Assembly (NCBI GenBank): GCA_965219455.1
Contig: OZ244744.1
Coordinates: forward strand, 1,312,001 to 1,376,000
Origin: Candidatus Latescibacterota bacterium
Lineage (GTDB): Bacteria > Latescibacterota > UBA2968 > GCA-2709665
DNA: 64,000 bases
Direction: 5' to 3'
Part shown: one piece after another, positions 58,465 to 64,000 of the stretch
How the letters are laid out: each line of letters starts with the position of its first letter
Position numbering within the stretch: position 1 is the stretch's first letter
Translations under genes and position numbers: made by a program
Notes under the pieces: generated by a model
Databases searched by the model: none
The model's input: the letters and a program-made list of their open reading frames with translations, nothing else
What the model was told of the DNA's origin: nothing

Positions 58465-60558
58465 TCACACCCATTCCACAACCACCGGGACGACGCCGTC
58501 GGCGTGGGTGATCCGTAGACGATATCGGATGGATTCCGAATCGACCGAGGCGTCCGCCATGCAGGATTCGTCCGTCAGACCGTTGAAGATTCGCAAAGGC
58601 CGTTTCCCCTCGGGTATCCGGAATCGAATCGACACGGTTGCCTCCGCTCCGACGTAAGACGCGACAATCGCGATGGCGTAACGAGCTCCGATCTGGGGGA
58701 AAAACTGAAACGTATTGATCCCCCGCCGGTCCCAGGCCCGAAGGCGCTGATACGCCGTTACCGGCGGAAAATCCTCCACCTCGATCCCCGCCGGCCTGCA
58801 CGCCAGAAATCTGATCACATTCCCGACCAGCCGACGCGTATGGTTTGGAAGCTTGACCAGGGGTTCATATCCGGGCTCGCGATGATGGAGCACGGGATCG
58901 CCCGCCAGGTAGACAAACCTGCCCTCGCCCACGCGGCTGGACACCAGGCCCGGCGCGCCCGTGTCGCGCCCCTGGGCGTCCACGAGCGTCGCCCAGACCT
59001 CCCCTTCGACGTGACCGACTTCATACGGATTCTCCACCACCACCGGAGCCTCGATATTTTCTCGCAACGGGCAGGCGTCCGTGAACGAGAGGCGATACTG
59101 GCCCTCCAGCCTGTCCCCGGAAAGCGCCACCCCCCAGCGAGACGACAACCCCTCCGCGACGGTCCGTCCTTCCCCGTCGAGACGGCCCAGATCCGCGATT
59201 GCCAGGATCGATCCCCCGTCCTCGATATATGACGTGAGCCGGCTTCTCTGTGACGCGGAGAGACAGCAGACGTGGGGCATCACCAGCGGCGCGTTCCGAG
59301 TCAGATCCGTTTCATCCAGACGGCTGTCCCAGACAAACGCATACGGCAGCCCCTCGTCCCGCAGCATCTGCGCGAACGGATGAATCGCCATTGCGTCGTA
59401 GTCCACGTCGTGATACTGCCAGACCTCGCTCTGGATGGAGTGGAACAGGCTGCAGGCGAATTCCGGCTCCGTCTCCTTGAGATAGGGGTCCAGCCGGAGC
59501 GTCTCCATATACCCCTCGTACTGCGCCGGCGAAGCCCTCAACGTCTCGTAACACCACGGACTCACGTACTCCGCGCCCACGGCATAGGGCAGGATACCGA
59601 TCCACTGGCCGTCCTTACGCGTCATCTCCAGCGACGTGCCGGGGCAGAATGCCTGTACCGCGAGTCGCAACGGCTTTCCCTGAAGCGCCCCGATGAAGAT
59701 CGAGGCCATGTCCAGGACGATCGTAAACCGGGGCGCGAAATGATGCGTGCCGCGCGTGGAGCCGTGGTAAATTCCCGTATTCATCGAATCCAGGACCCGG
59801 CTCATCGCACCCAGATCCACGGCGGATGCCCACGGCCGGATCCCCATCAACTCGGTACACGCCGTGGCCATTCCCACACCCAATTCCGGGCGCACGGCCC
59901 GCACCGCCTCCCGGAAATCCGCGTGCACCGCCGTCCATTGCTCGAAGCGCCATTTGATCCAGTTCCGCCACAGCGTGTCCTTCCAATCGATCCGGATCGG
60001 CGGCTCCTCGCCAAAGTGTTCCGCAAAGCGCCCGCAGCAGGATTTGCAGTAGCAGGCCATCTCGCCGTACGCGCCCAGAAAGCCCTCATCGTTTAGGTAG
60101 ACGAACCGGAGCGCCGGAATCCCCGCCAGCAGTCGGAGTTCGTCCTTGTACTGCCTCTTATTGGCTTCGTTGAAGGGACAGAGCCAGTTCACGTTCCTGA
60201 TGCGTCCTTCAACCGAGGTCAACGGCGGGGGCGCCTGCCCCGGACGGGTCTCCCCGTTCCGGTCCGCGGTTCCGTCGTCCCGAAGAACCATCCGCCGCTC
60301 CGGGTGGGCCAGCACGACCTGCTCGTGATACTTCATGTACCCCGTGTTCACCAGCACGCCCATCCCCTCTTTTTCGGCCAGCCTCCCGACTTCCATCGCC
60401 GTCGATAGACGGAGTCCCCCGATATCGACGCCGGATTCCACCTTATTCACGAAAAAGTAAAGGTCGGTGAAGCCCAGTCTTCTGGCTTCCGGCACGATCT
60501 CCTCCGGTTCCCAATCCCCGGGGATATGCAAATGGGCCAGCCGTCGTATGTCACGCAT
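58465..60558 (-). CDS. GH42-like glycoside hydrolase with beta-galactosidase trimerisation-like domain
   Basis: LC.FN, YLNDEG, CYCKSC..RF, W..WR; C-terminal LVMPHVCCLS...YIEDGG.ILA...GEGRFVYL. Confidence 0.65.
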   Translation of the reverse strand: MRDIRRLAHLHIPGDWEPEEIVPEARRLGFTDLYFFVNKVESGVDIGGLRLSTAMEVGRLAEKEGMGVLVNTGYMKYHEQVVLAHPERRMVLRDDGTADRNGETRPGQAPPPLTSVEGRIRNVNWLCPFNEANKRQYKDELRLLAGIPALRFVYLNDEGFLGAYGEMACYCKSCCGRFAEHFGEEPPIRIDWKDTLWRNWIKWRFEQWTAVHADFREAVRAVRPELGVGMATACTELMGIRPWASAVDLGAMSRVLDSMNTGIYHGSTRGTHHFAPRFTIVLDMASIFIGALQGKPLRLAVQAFCPGTSLEMTRKDGQWIGILPYAVGAEYVSPWCYETLRASPAQYEGYMETLRLDPYLKETEPEFACSLFHSIQSEVWQYHDVDYDAMAIHPFAQMLRDEGLPYAFVWDSRLDETDLTRNAPLVMPHVCCLSASQRSRLTSYIEDGGSILAIADLGRLDGEGRTVAEGLSSRWGVALSGDRLEGQYRLSFTDACPLRENIEAPVVVENPYEVGHVEGEVWATLVDAQGRDTGAPGLVSSRVGEGRFVYLAGDPVLHHREPGYEPLVKLPNHTRRLVGNVIRFLACRPAGIEVEDFPPVTAYQRLRAWDRRGINTFQFFPQIGARYAIAIVASYVGAEATVSIRFRIPEGKRPLRIFNGLTDESCMADASVDSESIRYRLRITHADGVVPVVVEWV

Positions 60559-60655
60559 CCTGGAACACTCCTTTCGAAGCCGTCAATCCGCCGGACGCGC
60601 CCCCCCGGGACCCGGCCTCGGAAACGCACACGCGGGGCGGATAATTAGCCCGCGT

Positions 60656-61759
60656 TCAGCCGGCGTACGCAACCTCGGTGTACCTGTCTTTCTCCAACGG
60701 ATACGGGTGCACGCGCATCCTCCGGTCCCTGGAAGTCAAAAAGATCGCGTGCGAGGTAAGCCAGTTCGCAATATTGGCCCCAGGCATCTGCAGGATCCGC
60801 CCCGGATCGTGTACGTCGAACGAAAAATCGACAAGCTCCTCGAGCGTCCGCATCCGTTTGAACTTCTCCCGGTAGTATTTCAGGTATTGTACACGATTCT
60901 GGGAGTTGTAAAAATAGGGGCTTACCCAATAATCGCGTTGATTCTCGCGGGCGGGGCGCTGCAGATCCGGGTGCTGCCAGTGGTTCACCTCCAGCACCAT
61001 GCCGTCGCGAGGTTCACGAAAGGCGATATTTTCCGATTCCAGTTCGAAACCCAGGATATTCCCCCGGGCGTCGACAGCGGTACCGGTAAGCCCTTTCAAG
61101 CCTGAAATCCGGTACTGGGTGAGAAAGCGCCTGACGTCCTCGCAGTCCTTGCAATGCTGGGGCACAAGCCCCGTTATCTGAAAGAGGTTGACGTGTTCCG
61201 GATTGTCGGGCCAGTGGAATTTCGGCGCCCCCGACGCCCAGCCCGTCAGCAGGCCCGCGTCGTTGACGGAAGTGTGAACCACACAGAAATGATGCCCGCC
61301 CTGGCCGACGTATCCGTGCGGTTTGCAATCGGGAAACGCGGCCACGAAGCGATCTTTCAGGAAATAGTCTTTTCCGGTGGAATCGGAAGGATCGTACGTC
61401 CTCAACAGGGCGGGCCCGTCCTCCTGAAGCAGGATTCCGAATGCGGAACACGCTTCTTCGTCGCGGCCCGTGTTGACCATGTGCAGATAGTAGGTGTGAT
61501 CGAAATTCTCGATGCCGGCCGCCGCGCCATAGGCCTCCATCCGTTCCATGAAATCCGGAAACTCACGCCGCATAAATGCCATGTTCTTTCGAAAATACGG
61601 GTGATCGAAATCGTGAGGCCACGTCAGCCATTCGTCGAGCCGCATGCGCACAAAGTCCGGGTCGAGCGAACCGTGCGCCCGGCCTGCCTCGGCCGGGCTT
61701 CCCCGGAACACATGGAATTTCACCTCTCCTTCGCGGAGCAATACCACGGGATCGCCCAT
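60656..61759 (-). CDS. Peptidase C45-like Ntn hydrolase (acyl-CoA:6-APA acyltransferase family)
   Basis: G...E.GRAHG, autocleavage site ACSAFG, RTYD, VNDAGL, VNHW, S.NR. Start set to the ATG at 61759. Confidence 0.75.
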   Translation of the reverse strand: MGDPVVLLREGEVKFHVFRGSPAEAGRAHGSLDPDFVRMRLDEWLTWPHDFDHPYFRKNMAFMRREFPDFMERMEAYGAAAGIENFDHTYYLHMVNTGRDEEACSAFGILLQEDGPALLRTYDPSDSTGKDYFLKDRFVAAFPDCKPHGYVGQGGHHFCVVHTSVNDAGLLTGWASGAPKFHWPDNPEHVNLFQITGLVPQHCKDCEDVRRFLTQYRISGLKGLTGTAVDARGNILGFELESENIAFREPRDGMVLEVNHWQHPDLQRPARENQRDYWVSPYFYNSQNRVQYLKYYREKFKRMRTLEELVDFSFDVHDPGRILQMPGANIANWLTSHAIFLTSRDRRMRVHPYPLEKDRYTEVAYAG

Positions 61760-62133
61760 TGCGAATCTCCTCCCGATTCCCGGCCACGGGACATTGTGGC
61801 AAAGCAGGACCACGCGCCGGTCGGAAGCGGACAGTTCAAAGAAAAGGCAGCCCGCAAAGGCTGCCGTCCGTACGGCGTAAATCCGATGAAAATCCATAAA
61901 GAACATCGAACGCGTACGGGCACCGTATCGATTCGACAGCGGCGCCCCACCGCCATTACATAGCCCGCGAGAAGCCTGAATCAACCAAACCCACCGAATT
62001 CCAAAGAATCGGCAACCGGAATTCCATTACGGCGCGTCCCATTCCGTTTTCACGTTTCGCAGAACCGGGACGTCAATATTGCGCGGCGGAAGGCAAATGT
62101 CAAGCCCAATTCCACGCTCGCGGTCTTCGAAAC

Positions 62134-62296
62134 GTGCCACAAACTGTCAGTTTGTGGCACACAGGAAAAATGTGAATTTCGTGCCGAAAGACAAATCGAC
62201 CAGTGAATTATTATCTCCACCCCCGCACAATGGCTTGTCGACCCGTTGAGGAAGCGTGTGTGAAGGTGGAGCAGACAGGAATGTCTGCTCCACCTT
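62134..62296. repeat. Two palindromic REP-like elements
   Basis: GTGCCACAAACT-GTC-AGTTTGTGGCAC (62134-62160); AAGGTGGAGCAGACA-GGAA-TGTCTGCTCCACCTT (62263-62296) preceded by GTTGAGGAAGCGTGTGTG. Confidence 0.75.
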
Positions 62297-62449
62297 TTCA
62301 AGCTTTTGCTACCGCTTGATCGCCCGGATCAATACGATTCATTATAGCACTTGACATTTCTTCTGACAATTGACTTTGTCTACTGGATCGAACACTAAGC
62401 CGGGCCGCAGGCGCACTGGACGTCAATCTTGTTAGTCTGGAGGTGTAAG

Positions 62450-62683
62450 ATGGACGTATATTCCTACTCGGAAGCCAGACAGAATTTCTCGCGCGTGCTT
62501 GACAAAGCCGAGTCAACGGGAAAGGTCCTTATACGCAGAAAAGACGGCAGGACTTATGCCCTGGTGCCGGAACGCCCCACCGCCTCGCCTCTGGATGTGC
62601 CCTCTATCGAGGCGGACATCTCTACGCGTGAAGTCGTCACACTCATAAGACACCAGAGACGCAGAATGAGAGGGCGGCGTTAA
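62450..62683 (+). CDS. Phd/YefM-family antitoxin (orphan)
   Basis: GGAGG RBS; YSYSEARQNFSRVLDKA...VLIRRKDG...SPLDV. Confidence 0.85.
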   Translation: MDVYSYSEARQNFSRVLDKAESTGKVLIRRKDGRTYALVPERPTASPLDVPSIEADISTREVVTLIRHQRRRMRGRR

Positions 62684-62959
62684 TGGACCGAATGACATAC
62701 GGTTCGGCCCGATCGTGAATGGCTTCGGCTGTGCTTGCCACTACACGTTTCCTCGGGACTGATTTCCGGCGGTAGTTGGGCGGCTGCAACCGCGAACAAC
62801 CCCAGCAAAGCTTGAACGCATCCTATTAATCCGCGCATGGTCTCTCTACGTTCCCCGAACTTCGCGATTGATGCGGGAATATGCTCGTGCCGCACATTGT
62901 ACTTCGAGCATTCTCAGGATACCATTGACTTTCAGGTGTGATCCCGTATTTTTTTTACG

Positions 62960-63260
62960 CGGAGCCACACCCTCTCTCCCAGGGCATCGGGTGCTTGTGC
63001 AATACAAAGTGATCCGGCTGAGTGAACTGGAAGGTCAACGGATTCTCGATGCGGGCCACGCCGGACTGATCGCCTTTACGCCGTTGATGAAGCCGCCGGA
63101 AGGGATGGCTTCCCAGGCATGGTTGCGCCGCTGTATGCACGCGGCTCATGCGCGGCCAATGGCTCAGGCGGAGGTGGCCGACTACCTGGCAGGCATGTCG
63201 TTGCTCAGCGGGCTGGTGTACGCGCCGGAAACCATTTCTGACGTCATTTCGGCGGAACTG
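62960..63260 (+). pseudogene. Internal fragment of an Rpn-type (recombination-promoting nuclease/YhgA-like) gene
   Basis: QYKVIRLSELEGQRILDAGHAGLIAFTPLMKPP...LSGLVY. No credible start or end. Confidence 0.55.
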
Positions 63261-63456
63261 AAACTCCAGAATACGAATCGAACAGAAATACGCTGTAGCG
63301 CACGCACACTCTCGTTCCTTCCTGATACGTCGTTGCCTGGCCATGGGAGGAGGTGCGATCAACGACGGTGCTGTACGTTCCAATTCTCCATCAAGCCTAC
63401 ATTATTGAGGGCGAGAATCATGAAAAGTTACGGCGCTCGATTCCGGATGACTGTAT

Positions 63457-63485
63457 TTGACATCACAACACAGGTTCCATATATT
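63457..63485 (+). promoter_or_regulatory. sigma70 promoter of duplicated RNA unit, copy 2
   Basis: TTGACA-17 bp-TATATT. Confidence 0.7.
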
Positions 63486-63611
63486 CCCGTATAGTGAGGG
63501 CCGCATTCCGTCTCACGGCGCAAAAGCGCTACGGGACAAGAAGGGATGTGCGCCTTCCTGGATAACCGTCGGTTTTCGACTCTGGCAGGTCAGGGAACCG
63601 GCGGTTTTTTT
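63486..63611 (+). ncRNA. Putative structured small RNA of unknown family, copy 2
   Basis: Near-identical to 26920-27046, ending in a terminator hairpin and T-tract. Confidence 0.6.
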
Positions 63612-64000
63612 ATCCGGCCGGGCTGAGCCTTTAGCGACCAATAACCAGGCGCACTCGTCCGGCGTTTGAAATTCGCAACGGCGGAGGGGAAGATAATTCT
63701 GCTCGCGGTACGGTTCGGGCACTCGAAGATGCGGCCTGGAAGAACAAAGCGATCGATTGGAACGGGTCCTTCGGCCGCTGGCCGTACAGCAATCTGTGCC
63801 TGAAAACAGAAAACAGGACAATGCACTCACCTGGTGTGTTGTCCTGTTCCAATACAAAAACGACCTGATATGCCGTACCTTGACTACTGAATCCGGATCC
63901 GGCAGGTATCAACTCATTTTCTCTCCACGTATACCTATCCGATCCTTCCGAAATTGTCCGGGCGTTAATCCCTCCTGTCTGCGGAAGGCTTCGGAGAATC

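Overview
GC-rich bacterial chromosomal window with no rRNA, tRNA or CRISPR array that I could find. Gene content (secreted WD40/fibronectin-III proteins ending in a paired DxDGDG dockerin/EF-hand-like module, a DUF6785-like membrane protein, Rpn remnants, many short palindromic repeats) resembles Latescibacterota/Poribacteria-type marine or sponge-associated bacteria; this is an inference. From left to right: (1) an IS1380 element with a 4-bp target duplication inserted into a secreted metzincin-type gene; (2) a broken GAF-PAS hybrid kinase/OmpR-type regulator; (3) recD2 and nagA; (4) an inositol monophosphatase/hexapeptide/GHMP-kinase cluster; (5) two metzincin-WD40-dockerin genes and a 2162-aa Fn3/Ig-dockerin gene, set among mosaic repeats; (6) a nine-gene corrinoid methyltransferase/split methionine synthase operon under a FadR-type regulator with a visible operator; (7) a catabolic/transport gene run ending at uppP; (8) an AT-rich ABC-type ATPase + PIN pair, a candidate defence system; (9) hicBA; (10) a hydrolase/transporter cluster; (11) gene remnants. 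The most striking non-genic feature is a ~155-bp unit (sigma70 promoter, structured RNA, intrinsic terminator) present in two near-identical copies at 26891 and 63457. All protein calls come from motif recognition by eye; no database searches were run.
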